In this document: positions 29,769 to 39,578 of the stretch, one piece after another | Position numbering within the stretch: position 1 is the first letter of the stretch | How the letters are laid out: the number at the start of each line of letters is the position of its first letter | Origin: an uncultured Pseudomonadota bacterium | GTDB taxonomy: Bacteria; Pseudomonadota; Alphaproteobacteria; JACZXZ01 | Length of the DNA: 64,000 nucleotides | NCBI GenBank assembly: GCA_963749075.1 | Contig: CAVVLJ010000016.1 | Location: 1-64,000 of the forward strand | Reading direction: 5' to 3' | Notes under the pieces: generated by a model | What the model was told of the DNA's origin: nothing | Databases searched by the model: none | Seen by the model: only the letters and a program-made list of their open reading frames with translations | Program-made: the position numbers and the translations under genes

Positions 29769-30335
29769 ATGGAGACTTTAATAGACGAGCCCGGTACCCA
29801 GCTCGCCCGCCGCCTGCGCCTCGAGCGCGACATGCGGGGCTGGTCCTTGGCGGAGCTGGCGGAGCGCGCGGGCGTCTCCAAGGCCGCGATCAGCAAGATC
29901 GAGCGCGAGGAGGCGAGCCCGACCGCCGTGATCCTGGTGCGGCTCGCGGGCGCCTTCGACCTCACTCTTGCGGGCCTGCTGTTGCGCGCGGAGGGCGAGG
30001 GGAGGCGGCTCTCCCGGGCCGCCGAGCAGCCGCTCTGGCGCGACCCCGAGACGGGCTACCTGCGCAAGCAGGTGTTCGGCCGGCCCGACCATCCGCTCGA
30101 GATCACCCAGGTCGAGCTGCCGGCCGGAAAGCGCGTCGCGTTGCCGGCCTCGTCCTACGCGCACATCCGCCAGGCGGTTTGGCTGCAAAAGGGCGAGCTC
30201 GTGATCGTGGAGGGCGGCGAGCGGCATCTCTTGCGCGCCGGCGACTGCCTGGGCTTCGGTCCGCCGTCCGAGGTGACTTTCGCCAACGAGACCGCCAGGC
30301 CTTGCGCCTATCTCGTCGTCCTCGCGCGGAGCTAG
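29769..30335 (+). CDS. XRE-family HTH + cupin transcriptional regulator
   Basis: RGWSLAELAERAGVSKA.ISKIER…PTA..L HTH followed by cupin L.AGDCL.F. Confidence 0.88.
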   Translation: METLIDEPGTQLARRLRLERDMRGWSLAELAERAGVSKAAISKIEREEASPTAVILVRLAGAFDLTLAGLLLRAEGEGRRLSRAAEQPLWRDPETGYLRKQVFGRPDHPLEITQVELPAGKRVALPASSYAHIRQAVWLQKGELVIVEGGERHLLRAGDCLGFGPPSEVTFANETARPCAYLVVLARS

Positions 30336-30340
30336 CCGTC

Positions 30341-30868
30341 ATGGCGGAGATCGAGATCGTTCCTTTGACCGCCTCGCCGCAGATCCGCGCGGCGTTGAGC
30401 GAGCTCGTCGTCGAGGTGGTGGCGAACGGCGGCTCGGTCGGCTTCATGCACCCGCTGGCGTTGGAGGCGGCCGACGCCTTCTGGGAGCGCTCGCTGGCTG
30501 CGGCCGCCCGGGGCGAGCGGATCGTGCTCGGCGCCTTCGAGGGCGAGAGTCTCGCCGCCACCGTGACGCTGCTGCTCGACTGCCCGCCCAACCAGCCGCA
30601 CCGGGCCGAAATCGCCAAGCTGATGACGCGGATCAGCCATCGCGGACGAGGCGTGGCGAAAGCGCTGATGCGGGCCGCCGAGCGCATGGCTGTCGAGCGG
30701 GCGCGCACCCTCCTGGTGCTCGACACCGCGGCCGACGGCGGCGCCTCCGGGCTTTACGAGGGGCTGGGCTTCACCTTGGCCGGCGTGATCCCCGACTACG
30801 CGCTGAAGCCCCACGGCGGGCTGACGGCGACCATGATCTATTGGAAGCGGCCCGGAGAGGAAGCCTAG
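30341..30868 (+). CDS. GNAT-family N-acetyltransferase
   Basis: GGSVGFM.PL, NQPHRAEIAKL…HRGRG.A, LLVLDT, LYE.LGF..AG.IPDYAL. Confidence 0.88.
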   Translation: MAEIEIVPLTASPQIRAALSELVVEVVANGGSVGFMHPLALEAADAFWERSLAAAARGERIVLGAFEGESLAATVTLLLDCPPNQPHRAEIAKLMTRISHRGRGVAKALMRAAERMAVERARTLLVLDTAADGGASGLYEGLGFTLAGVIPDYALKPHGGLTATMIYWKRPGEEA

Positions 30869-31032
30869 GTGGCGGCTTCGGAGACCCGCCGGATCTGGGA
30901 TTCGATGTCCCGCTGGCCCCGAGCGGCGCCGTCCGGCCCGATGCGCTTCGGCGGACGGCTTCAGGGCATTCTCCCAGAGCTTTCCGACGCGCTCGTTGTC
31001 GGAGACGCCTTGCTTCCGGCGCATCAAATTGA

Positions 31033-31051
31033 TAGATATCATCGATATCTA
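31033..31051. promoter_or_regulatory. Palindromic operator upstream of vapBC
   Basis: TAGATATC-ATC-GATATCTA about 30 bp before the antitoxin ATG. Confidence 0.6.
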
Positions 31052-31080
31052 CCATCTGTCTTGAGAGTGCGGAGGCGGTC

Positions 31081-31344
31081 ATGGCCGACACCGGCACTGC
31101 AAAGCTGTTCATGCACGGCCGCAGCCAGGCCGTGCGCCTGCCCAAGGAGTTCCGGCTGCCGGGCAGGGAGGTGCGCGTCCGGCGCGTGGGCCGCGGCGTG
31201 CTGTTGGAGCCCATGGAGCGGGACATGAAGGACATCAAGGCGATCTTCGCAGCACTCGAGCGCTACCGGGGGGTGCCTTTCATGGAGGACGGCAGGCGGC
31301 AGCCGCCGATGCCGCCCGCGGACGACGTGTCGTTCGAGCGATGA
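31081..31344 (+). CDS. vapB: AbrB/VapB antitoxin
   Basis: [32 protein letters not shown]. Confidence 0.9.
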   Translation: MADTGTAKLFMHGRSQAVRLPKEFRLPGREVRVRRVGRGVLLEPMERDMKDIKAIFAALERYRGVPFMEDGRRQPPMPPADDVSFER

Positions 31345-31748
31345 TCTGCCTCGACACGAACGTCGTCATTGCCTTCTTGAAGGGCGATCCGCGGCACCTG
31401 GTCGAGCGCTTCGAGCGCGAAATGCTGCATGGCGACTTTGCGCTGCCAGTCGTGACGCTCTTCGAGCTCCGCTACGGCATCGCCAAGAGCAGACGGCGCG
31501 AGGAGAATGCGTAGCGGCTTGCGGTCTTTCTCCAGCTCCCCATCTCCATCCTTCCCTTCGAGCAGGAGGATGCCGAGGAGGCAGGCGAGGTGCGGGCCGC
31601 CCTCGAGCGGGCTGGCGCGCCGATCGGGCCTTACGACGTGCTGATCGCGGGTCAGGCGCGCCGCCGCGGCGCCGTTCTCGTCACCGCCAGCACGGGCGAG
31701 TTCGCCCGCGTGCCGGGCCTGAGGACGGAAGACTGGGCGGCCGCGTAA
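31341..31748 (+). pseudogene. vapC: VapC toxin with in-frame amber stop
   Basis: [10 protein letters not shown]…ELRYG…EENA*RL…G.PIGPYDVLIAGQA…LVT…EF.RVPGL..EDW; TAG at 31512-31514 (codon 58). Confidence 0.88.
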
Positions 31749-32010
31749 GAAGACCGCAGAACGGGAGGAGGAACGCCGGTCGAGTTCCGCCGCTTCGGCT
31801 GCGACGAGTTCGCGAAGCGCGACAAGGCGAACCTCGCTCCAAAGAGTGGGGAGGCGGGGGCGCCGCAGAGGCGAAAGTCGACGGCGCCGCCTGACGAACC
31901 AATGCCATTTCATTTGGCGAGCGGCCTGGCGATTGACGCGCCAACTGTGGAAAACCTCGCAATAATCCAACATGTTGACGTGGCGCGGCAAATGGCATAC
32001 AAGATTTGGT

Positions 32011-32985
32011 ATGCAAGGGCGTAGCCGTGACGCGGCCTATTGGCGCCGCCGCATTGAGCGCGAGCACCCCGGGATTGCCGAGCGGCTGAATCGCGGCGAG
32101 ATTCCGAGCGTCCGCGCCGCCGCCATTGCGGCCGGCATGATCCACGATCCCTCTGGCCTGATGCAGCTCCGCCGCGCCTGGCGCAGGGCCTCGCCCGAAG
32201 ATCGCGCCGCCTTCATGGCCGAGGTCGGGGTGGCCGAGCTGGTGCCCCACGGGCGCCGCCAGCGGCGCAAGCGCCCCGCCGCCGAGGAGGCGAGCGAATT
32301 CGGCGATCTCTTCACGCTGCCGCCAAGGGCGGAGCCACAGCACCCGCGCCCCGAGCTCGTACCCTTCCGCGGCTCTGCGGCACTTAGCCTCGAGGCCCCG
32401 AGCCCGGCCCCGCGCATGGCGCCCGCGCGTCCGGCCGTCGAGGTGGCCCGGCTCGTCGCGCGGCCCGAGCCGTCGGCGCCGCCCGAGGCCGCTGTGCCCG
32501 AGGCCGTTGTGCCCGAGGCCGTTGTGCCCGAATCCGCTCTGCCCGAAACCGCCGCCGGCTTGGCTAGTACCGAGACGCCGGAGCCTGCTCGCGAGGAAAT
32601 CCAGCAGCCCGCGCGCGAGCCGCAGGACGCTACGTCCCCCGGCGCCGCCGCTCCGAGCGTTGCGGCTCAGGCCTCCCTGCAGGAGGCCGGCAAGCCGCGC
32701 TACGGGATGCGCCGCCTGCTCGGCATCTCCCAGGCGAAGGAGGGGCATGGCGGCAACGGTGCCCACGCCAGCGAGGTGAGCGAGACGGCCGGCGGCCGCG
32801 TCAAGGTCGGCCAGCGCTATCTCAAGGTCGATGCGGGGCCCACCGCCTGGCAGGTCGTCTCGATCTTCGCAGGGCCGCTCGGCATGCCGCACGTGCGCAT
32901 CGTCAATGTCGAGGAGCCCGATACCCTCCGCGCGGTGAGCGTGTCGGCGCTCGTCGACCGCGGCCGCTACCAGCTCGTGCGCTGA
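32011..32985 (+). CDS. Hypothetical protein: small helical N-domain, Pro/Ala/Glu-rich linker, small C-terminal beta domain
   Basis: Long ORF with GC3-biased codons and a 15-bp tandem repeat ([10 protein letters not shown]) at ~32482-32555. Confidence 0.65.
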   Translation: MQGRSRDAAYWRRRIEREHPGIAERLNRGEIPSVRAAAIAAGMIHDPSGLMQLRRAWRRASPEDRAAFMAEVGVAELVPHGRRQRRKRPAAEEASEFGDLFTLPPRAEPQHPRPELVPFRGSAALSLEAPSPAPRMAPARPAVEVARLVARPEPSAPPEAAVPEAVVPEAVVPESALPETAAGLASTETPEPAREEIQQPAREPQDATSPGAAAPSVAAQASLQEAGKPRYGMRRLLGISQAKEGHGGNGAHASEVSETAGGRVKVGQRYLKVDAGPTAWQVVSIFAGPLGMPHVRIVNVEEPDTLRAVSVSALVDRGRYQLVR

Positions 32986-33164
32986 TCCCACGCGATATCC
33001 GAGGCCGCAAAGCGGCCGGCCTCGCGGTTCAATCGCCCCGCCAAACCCGCAATATTTGCCAATACCTTGGCGCTCTGCCGGCTCACAATGCGGCTCGAGC
33101 GTCCCGAGGACCGCCTGATTGCTGCGACGCCGCGCGGGCGTCGAGGCAGCGTGAGAGAGGTCGC

Positions 33165-34319
33165 GTGCTGTCCGAACGCCAAAGGATGATCCGGGAAACC
33201 GTCCGTCACTTCGCCCAACGCGAGCTGGCGCCCACGGCGGCAGAACGCGACCGAGCGGCGCGGTTTCCCAAGGAGGCGTTCGCCAAGATGGGCGAACTCG
33301 GCCTCATGGGGATGGTCGTGCCGGAAGAGTTCGGCGGTGCTGGCGCCGATTATGTCTCCTATGCCTTGGCGGTGATCGAGATCGCCGCGGCCGACGGCGC
33401 CACCTCGACGTTGTTCCAGGTGCACAACTCGTTGACCTGCCTGTCGATCTCGAGACACGGGAGCGCGGAGCAGAAGGAGCGCTTCCTGCGGCCGCTCGCG
33501 GCGGGCCGCTACCTGGGGGCGTTCTGCCTGAGCGAGCCCGAGGCCGGGTCGGACGCCGCCGCGATCAGGACGCGGGCGCGGCGCGAGGGGAACAGGTACG
33601 TGCTCAACGGCGTCAAGCAGTTCGTCACCTCGGGCAAGAACGCGGACATCGCGATCGTCTTCGCGGTCACGGATCCCCGGGCGGGCAAAAAAGGCATTTC
33701 GGCCTTCATCGTCCCGACGAAGACGCCGGGATACCGGGTGGCGAAGGTCGAGCATACGATGGGCCAACGCTCGTCCGATCACTGCCAGATCGCCTTCGAG
33801 GACTGCGAGCTGATGCCCGAGCTGTTGCTCGGCGAAGAGGGCGAAGGCCTCAAGATCGCGCTCGGCAACCTGGAAAGCGGCCGCATCGGCGTCGCCGCTC
33901 AAGCCGTGGGCATGTCCCGCGCCGCTTACGACGCGGCACTCGCGTACGCGAAGGAGCGGCGAACGTTCGGCAAGCCGATCATCGAGCACCAGGCGGTCGC
34001 CTTCAGGCTGGCCGACATGGCGACCTCCCTCCAGGCGGCGGAACTGATGGTCCTGCGGGCGGCGAGCCTGCGCGACGCGGCGCAGCCCTGCCTCAAGGAG
34101 GCTTCGATGGCAAAACTGTTCGCGACGGAGATGGCCGAGGAGGTGTGCTCCGGCGCCATCCAGATCCATGGCGGCTACGGCTATCTGAACGACTTCCCCG
34201 TCGAGCGCATCTATCGCGACGTGAGGGTTTGCAAGATCTACGAAGGCACCTCTGAAATTCAGCGCCTCGTCATCAGCCGGCAGCTCGCGGCCGAGCCCTT
34301 CTTCCAGGGCGTTGGTTAG
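33165..34319 (+). CDS. Acyl-CoA dehydrogenase
   Basis: [46 protein letters not shown]. Confidence 0.95.
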   Translation: MLSERQRMIRETVRHFAQRELAPTAAERDRAARFPKEAFAKMGELGLMGMVVPEEFGGAGADYVSYALAVIEIAAADGATSTLFQVHNSLTCLSISRHGSAEQKERFLRPLAAGRYLGAFCLSEPEAGSDAAAIRTRARREGNRYVLNGVKQFVTSGKNADIAIVFAVTDPRAGKKGISAFIVPTKTPGYRVAKVEHTMGQRSSDHCQIAFEDCELMPELLLGEEGEGLKIALGNLESGRIGVAAQAVGMSRAAYDAALAYAKERRTFGKPIIEHQAVAFRLADMATSLQAAELMVLRAASLRDAAQPCLKEASMAKLFATEMAEEVCSGAIQIHGGYGYLNDFPVERIYRDVRVCKIYEGTSEIQRLVISRQLAAEPFFQGVG

Positions 34320-34419
34320 CACGGCAGCGTGAGACGCGTGGCCGTGCGAGCGTCGCCGGCCCCGGCGCGCCGGCCCGGCGAGGGCGGCTTGGCGGCTGCG
34401 GCTTAGGCGTGGAGGGACC

Positions 34420-35163
34420 ATGGATCTCGGAATAGCCGGCCGTCGCGCGCTTGTCTGCGGCGCCTCGCGCGGGCTCGGATTTGCCTCGGCGCTCGCACTT
34501 GCCCAGGAAGGCGTTGCGGTCACTCTGGTGTCGAGAAACGGCGAGGCGCTCGCCTCGGCGGCAGTCAGGATCGAGAGAGAAGCCGAAGCACCGGCGCATT
34601 TCGTCCAGGCGGACATTGCGACGGAGGCCGGCCGGAAGCGCGCGCTTGCGGTATGCCCGGAGCCCGACATCCTGGTCACCAACGCGGGCGGCCCTCCGAG
34701 CGGCGACTTCCGCTCGCTCACGGCCGCGAGTTGGCTCAGGGCGCTGGAGGCGAACTTTCTCTCCGCGGTGGAATTGATCCGCGCCACGGTCGATGCCATG
34801 GCGCGGCGCGGGTTCGGCCGCATCGTGAACATCACCTCCCTCACGGTCCGCCTACCGGTTCAAGGCCTCGATCTCTCGAACGCCGCCCGCCTGGCGCTGA
34901 CCGGCTATGTCGCCGGCGTTGCGCGGCAGATGGCTCCGCAGAACGTCACCATCAACAACCTGCTTCCCGGCACGATCGCGACCGAGCGCATTCGCGAGCT
35001 CGGGGCGACGGCGGAGAAGCTGATCGCAAAGGTTCCCATGGGCCGCGCCGGCCTGCCCGAGGAATTCGGCGCCGCCTGCGCGTACTTGTGCAGCAGGCAA
35101 GCGGCTTACATCACCGCGCAGAACCTGCTCGTCGACGGCGGATTGTGCCCCTTCACCGTGTAG
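34420..35163 (+). CDS. SDR-family oxidoreductase
   Basis: GASRGLG, DILVTNAGGP, GRIVNITS, N..LPG.I.T.R. Confidence 0.92.
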   Translation: MDLGIAGRRALVCGASRGLGFASALALAQEGVAVTLVSRNGEALASAAVRIEREAEAPAHFVQADIATEAGRKRALAVCPEPDILVTNAGGPPSGDFRSLTAASWLRALEANFLSAVELIRATVDAMARRGFGRIVNITSLTVRLPVQGLDLSNAARLALTGYVAGVARQMAPQNVTINNLLPGTIATERIRELGATAEKLIAKVPMGRAGLPEEFGAACAYLCSRQAAYITAQNLLVDGGLCPFTV

Positions 35164-35310
35164 CGTGAGGAGCCTCCGCCGCAAAGCGCACCGGCTCTCC
35201 GGCAACCTGCCGCTACTCGCAATGCTCCGGAGGATCGCGACGCCATTGACCCTTGATCGGGCGCGGCGTATCCTTTGTCGTGTCGCGGCCCAGGATGAGA
35301 GGTCTCCCTC

Positions 35311-35481
35311 ATGGTGAAGATGCTGAGCGCAGTTGCTTTTCTCGTGCTGGCCTTCGCGGGCACGGCGATGGCGTGCGAAGCGGCCAGCACGGCGATGTCC
35401 ACGCCAACGGTGACAACCGCCCAGGGCGACGGCGCGGCGCCGCAAGCGCCCGCGCAGCAGACACCGCCAGCCGGCGGCTGA
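35311..35481 (+). CDS. Small putative secreted protein (56 aa), below the ORF-track cutoff
   Basis: MVKMLSAVAFLVLAFAGTAMA-CEAASTAMSTPTVTTAQ…*: signal peptide with an A-M-A site; GAGAGG upstream. Confidence 0.6.
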   Translation: MVKMLSAVAFLVLAFAGTAMACEAASTAMSTPTVTTAQGDGAAPQAPAQQTPPAGG

Positions 35482-35998
35482 GCGACCGCGCTTCGTCCGG
35501 CCTGAGCCACCGGTCGCAAGACCGGCGGGCGTGCCGCCTTTTTGGCATGGCACCCGCGGGGCGGCGCCATACCCCTTGCGAAACAGGGCTGTCCTTATCT
35601 GCTAGAGTCATGTTATGGTTTGTCAAACGGAGGGGAATGCTGGGGCCCTATGGCAGAGCTTGAGTGAAACGGGGCGTGCGGGCGGTGCTGCCGCCCGGAA
35701 CAAAAACGCATCGGCACTGCCAGGTCGCAGTCGGTTTCAGGGAGGGGGGCAGCTTACTGGACGTTCGGCGGATCTGATCGGCCTCGCGGGGATGCGCGAG
35801 CGCTCGTGGTTTCCGGTCAGGTGTCAGAGCGGCGGTAATTGAAGCGGCAGCCTTCAACACCTGACGGGATTCCGAGCGCACCGGAGGGATGGCGGTGCGG
35901 GCGGAATATCGAGCGAGCCATCCTCAACTCTGCGGTAGGGCTGACCCGTCCGGCACGGCCGGCGCGCCAGCTTCGAGGCCACATGGAGAGTACTAACT

Positions 35999-36208
35999 AT
36001 GTCAGTGGGCACGGTTAAGTGGTTCAACGCCACGAAGGGCTACGGCTTCATCCAGCCGGAGGACGGCTCCAAGGACGTGTTCGTCCACATCTCGGCGGTG
36101 CAGCGGGCGGGCCTGCAAGGGCTGCGTGAGGGGCAAAAAGTCAAGTACGAGCTGATGATGGGCCGCAACGGCAAGAGCTCGGCGGAGAATCTCTCCGTTC
36201 TCGACTGA
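35999..36208 (+). CDS. cspA: Cold-shock protein
   Basis: [15 protein letters not shown]…DVFVHISA. Confidence 0.96.
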   Translation: MSVGTVKWFNATKGYGFIQPEDGSKDVFVHISAVQRAGLQGLREGQKVKYELMMGRNGKSSAENLSVLD

Positions 36209-36472
36209 CTGCGCTTCAAGGGCCGCATGTCGCGGGGGCCGGCTGCCCCCCGATGCTTGCGATTTCACGGCGGTGAGGCGCTCGGGCAATGCCCGGGGTT
36301 CGTGTCGTCTCGATGGTTTTGCTTGGCGCGTGAGGGCGCTCCGGGGCGGCACGTGCCGCTCGGCTACGGCATCCCCTGAGACGCGCTTGCTCTCAAGAGC
36401 GCTCCGGGAGCGATGCTCCCCACCACTCTTCCAGGGTTGTCGCATTTAACCCCCCGTGTCTTCATCCCGGGG

Positions 36473-36557
36473 CGTCATGGCCGGCGAAGGCCGGCCATCC
36501 ATGCCTTACAGCCATCGGACAAGGGCGTGGATGGCCGCGACAAGCGCGGCCATGACG
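36473..36557. repeat. Inverted pair of REP-like palindromes (GTCATGGCC…GGCCATCCA family)
   Basis: CGTCATGGCCGGCGAAGGCCGGCCATCCA … TGGATGGCCGCGACAAGCGCGGCCATGACG between convergent genes. Confidence 0.7.
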
Positions 36558-36626
36558 ATGGCGAGACGGACGCCGGAATCCAAATTGGATAGCCCTCCCC
36601 CATTCCTCCGCCGCGGCGAAGTCAGG

Positions 36627-38039
36627 TTAGGCTGGCTTGGCCTCATGCCGCCGCCGCGGCGTGCCGCCCTCGCCCAAATCCCAGAAGAGCCCGGTCATCA
36701 TGAGCAGGCCCTCGCGCGCCAGGGGAGCGAGGAGGTGCTCGTTGGGTGCATGTTGCGAGCAGGCGGGGTAGGAGTGGGGCACCCAGACCGTGGGCAGGCC
36801 GAGCACGTCGGCGAAGCAGTCGTTGGGCAGCGAGCCGCCCAAATTCGGCAGGATCGCGGGCTTGCTCCCGGTCGTGCGCGCGATCGATCCCGCGGCCCAC
36901 ACGACCCAGGGATCCTCGGGGTCGAGGCGGGTCGCGGCCATGGTCTCGGCGCGGCTCGGGGCGACGGCGACCATGGGGAAGCCGTGACGGTCGAGATGCT
37001 CGCGGATGATGGGGATGAAGTTCCGCCAGTCGCTCCCCACCACGAAGCGCACCTGCATGTGGGCGGCGGCCTTGGGCGGAATGGCATTGACGGGACGCTC
37101 CGGATTGCCGGTGCGGAAGGCGAGGACCTCGAGGCTGTTCCAGGCGAAGACGCGCTCGGCCGGAGTGAGGCCCGGCTCGCCCCAGCTGCGGTCGATCTCG
37201 GGGCCGCCCGGCTCGCCCGGCTCGATTTCAGCAAGCGCGCGGCGCACCGAGTTCGCGATGGGGGTAGGGAGCAAGCGCTCGACGAGGATGCGGCCGCGGC
37301 TGTCGACCATGCTGGCGATGGCGTTGGCGAGGATGGTGCCCGGATTGGCGAGCAGGCCGCCCCAATTGCCCGAATGGTGCCCGCCCTCGCGCAGCTCGAG
37401 CGTGAGATCGAAGTTGAAGGCGCCGCGCGAGCCGAGGAACAGGGTCGGCCGGTCCGCGCGCAGGCGCGGCCCGTCGGAGGCGATGAAGACGTCGGCCGCG
37501 AGCTCGCCGGCGTAGCGCTCGCACACCGCGTGCAGGCCCGGCGAGCCGGTCTCCTCGCCCGTCTCGAGCAGCACCTTGACGTTGCAGCCGAGCCGACCGC
37601 GCGCCTCGAGCACGCGCGCGAGGGCCGCGAGGTTGATCGAGTGCTGGCCCTTGTTGTCGGCGGTTCCCCGCCCGTACCAGCGCTCGCCCTCCACGGTGAC
37701 GTCCCAGGGTGTCAAGCCGCTGCGCCATTCGGCCTCGTAGCCGCGCACCACGTCGCCGTGGCCGTAGGTCAGCACGGTCGGCAGCTCGTCGCCCTCGCGG
37801 CGCTCGCCGATGAGGATCGGCCCGAAGCCCGCGGCCGGATTGTCGACGAGGCGCCAGGCGAAGCCCATGCGCTCGAGCGCAGGCCCGATCTCGTCCGAGA
37901 GATAGGCGGTGAGCTGCGGCAGGCGGTCCGCCTCCTGGCTCTCGGTGCGGCAGGCGATACGGCGGCGCAGCTCGGCGAGGAAGTGGCCCTCGTCGAACCA
38001 TTTTGCCGCGGCTTCGATGGCTTGCTCGCGCGTCGTCAC
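36627..38039 (-). CDS. M20-family metallopeptidase
   Basis: YGHGDVV, GRGTADNKGQH, EE.GSPG, ASDG, HSGNWGG, QHAPNEH; GTG start at 38039. Confidence 0.92.
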   Translation of the reverse strand: MTTREQAIEAAAKWFDEGHFLAELRRRIACRTESQEADRLPQLTAYLSDEIGPALERMGFAWRLVDNPAAGFGPILIGERREGDELPTVLTYGHGDVVRGYEAEWRSGLTPWDVTVEGERWYGRGTADNKGQHSINLAALARVLEARGRLGCNVKVLLETGEETGSPGLHAVCERYAGELAADVFIASDGPRLRADRPTLFLGSRGAFNFDLTLELREGGHHSGNWGGLLANPGTILANAIASMVDSRGRILVERLLPTPIANSVRRALAEIEPGEPGGPEIDRSWGEPGLTPAERVFAWNSLEVLAFRTGNPERPVNAIPPKAAAHMQVRFVVGSDWRNFIPIIREHLDRHGFPMVAVAPSRAETMAATRLDPEDPWVVWAAGSIARTTGSKPAILPNLGGSLPNDCFADVLGLPTVWVPHSYPACSQHAPNEHLLAPLAREGLLMMTGLFWDLGEGGTPRRRHEAKPA

Positions 38040-39241
38040 GAGGCGCTCCGCGCGCGAGACCCGGCGGGCCGGGCGAGGCGTTGGGCAAAGCGCACGATGC
38101 GCCGGCCGGCCTCCTCGAGTGCGGCGTCGGGCAGCGTGAGGGAGACGCGGAGCTGGCCCGCGGCGCTCGCGCCGAAGCCGTCGCAGGGCAGTGCCGCCAC
38201 CGCCTCCTCCTCGAGGAGGAGGCGCGCGAACTCGGCGGATCCGAGACCCGTGCCGCGCACGTCGAGGAGGATGAACATGCCGCCCTCGGGGGGTGCTGCG
38301 CTGCAATTTGGCGCCTCGGCGAGGATGGCGGCGAGGTGTTGGGCCCGGCGCCGATAGTCCTCTCGCATGGCCGCGACCTCGGGCAGCTCGCGCGTGAGTG
38401 CGGCGAGGGCGCCATCCTGGATGAAGGGCGGGCCGCCGTAGAGGGCTGCGAGGAGCAGGTTGAAGAGATGGGCCATGAGCGGCTCGGGGCCTATGACCCA
38501 GCCCATGCGGAAGCCGGGAATCGCGTGCGACTTCGAGAGGCTCGACGCCACCACCGTGCGCTCCGCCATCTCGGGCAGCGACCAGGGGCTCACGTGCGGC
38601 CGTGCGAAGGCCAGGTCCTCATAGACCTCGTCCGAGAGAAGCCAGAGATCGTGGCGGCGGCAGAGCCCGGCGATCGCCTCGATCTCGGTGCTGTCGAGCA
38701 CGGCACCCGTCGGATTGTGCGGGCTGTTGATCCAGATGACGCGCGTCCGCGGCGTGACCGCCCGGGCGAGCGCCGCCAGGTCCGGATGAAAGCCCCTCTC
38801 CGGCAGCGAGGGGATGTTGACGAGGGAGGCGCCGCTGGCGCCCGCGACCGCCTCGTAGGTGGCGTACATCGGCTCGGGCACGATCACCTCGTCGCCCGGC
38901 CCGGCCAGGCACTGGAGCGCGCAATAGAGCCCTCCTTGCGTGCCGGGCACGACCGCGACGTTGGCACCCGTGCAGGGCCGGCCCGTGCGCTTTGCCATGC
39001 GGGCGGCGATGGCGGCGCGCACCGCAGGATAGCCGAGGATCGGCGCATAGCCGACGCGATTGCGCCGCAAGGCCTCGATCGTCGCCGCGATGACCGGCTG
39101 CGGCGGCGGCTGGTCCGGCTCGCCGATGGTGAGCAGGATGACGTCGCGGCCGCCCTCGCGCTCCTTGAGCGCCTTGAGATGGACGCTCCAGGCCTCGGCA
39201 CCCTTGCCGGCGACGCGCCCGACCAACGATGAGAAACGCAA
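38036..39241 (-). CDS. PLP-dependent class I/II aminotransferase (AruH-like)
   Basis: IGEPD, NSPHNPTG, SDEVY, SLSKSHAIPGFRMGW; N-terminus RFS.L..R.AG.GAEAW..H; TTG start after GGAG. Confidence 0.9.
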   Translation of the reverse strand: MRFSSLVGRVAGKGAEAWSVHLKALKEREGGRDVILLTIGEPDQPPPQPVIAATIEALRRNRVGYAPILGYPAVRAAIAARMAKRTGRPCTGANVAVVPGTQGGLYCALQCLAGPGDEVIVPEPMYATYEAVAGASGASLVNIPSLPERGFHPDLAALARAVTPRTRVIWINSPHNPTGAVLDSTEIEAIAGLCRRHDLWLLSDEVYEDLAFARPHVSPWSLPEMAERTVVASSLSKSHAIPGFRMGWVIGPEPLMAHLFNLLLAALYGGPPFIQDGALAALTRELPEVAAMREDYRRRAQHLAAILAEAPNCSAAPPEGGMFILLDVRGTGLGSAEFARLLLEEEAVAALPCDGFGASAAGQLRVSLTLPDAALEEAGRRIVRFAQRLARPAGSRARSAS

Positions 39242-39341
39242 GGCAGTGACTCCTTTTGCGCGCGCGGCGCCGCCGGCTCTCCATAGCATTGGCGCAAGCC
39301 GCCGCCAAGACGGGGCAGAGTAGCGTCTCGGCTTGAGCTCT

Positions 39342-39502
39342 CCCTCTCCTCCTTGAGGAGGAGAGGGTCGGGGTGAGGAGGCGCCGAAGCCGCGCCCGGC
39401 GCCGGGAGCGGGTGCGCGGGATGACGGTTCCACTGAGAGATCTATCGCGCTCGATCGCCCGGCCTCCTCACCCTCCCCTCTCCTCCTGAAGGAGGAGAGG
39501 GG
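39342..39502. repeat. Inverted REP pair (CCCTCTCCTCC-N4-GGAGGAGAGGG family)
   Basis: Two palindromes in inverted orientation; the same family recurs at ~51909 and ~63723. Confidence 0.8.
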
Positions 39503-39578
39503 AGACGGCGGCACTGGACCGGGATGGGGCCCATGCGCCATGCTCTCCGCCGAGCGGCACGGCGGGAGGAGCGGGGAC

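Noticed and set aside
35838-35845. ATTGAAGC (repeat 3' handle) upstream of cspA
   Set aside because: An isolated 8-mer expected by chance; no repeat palindrome precedes it.
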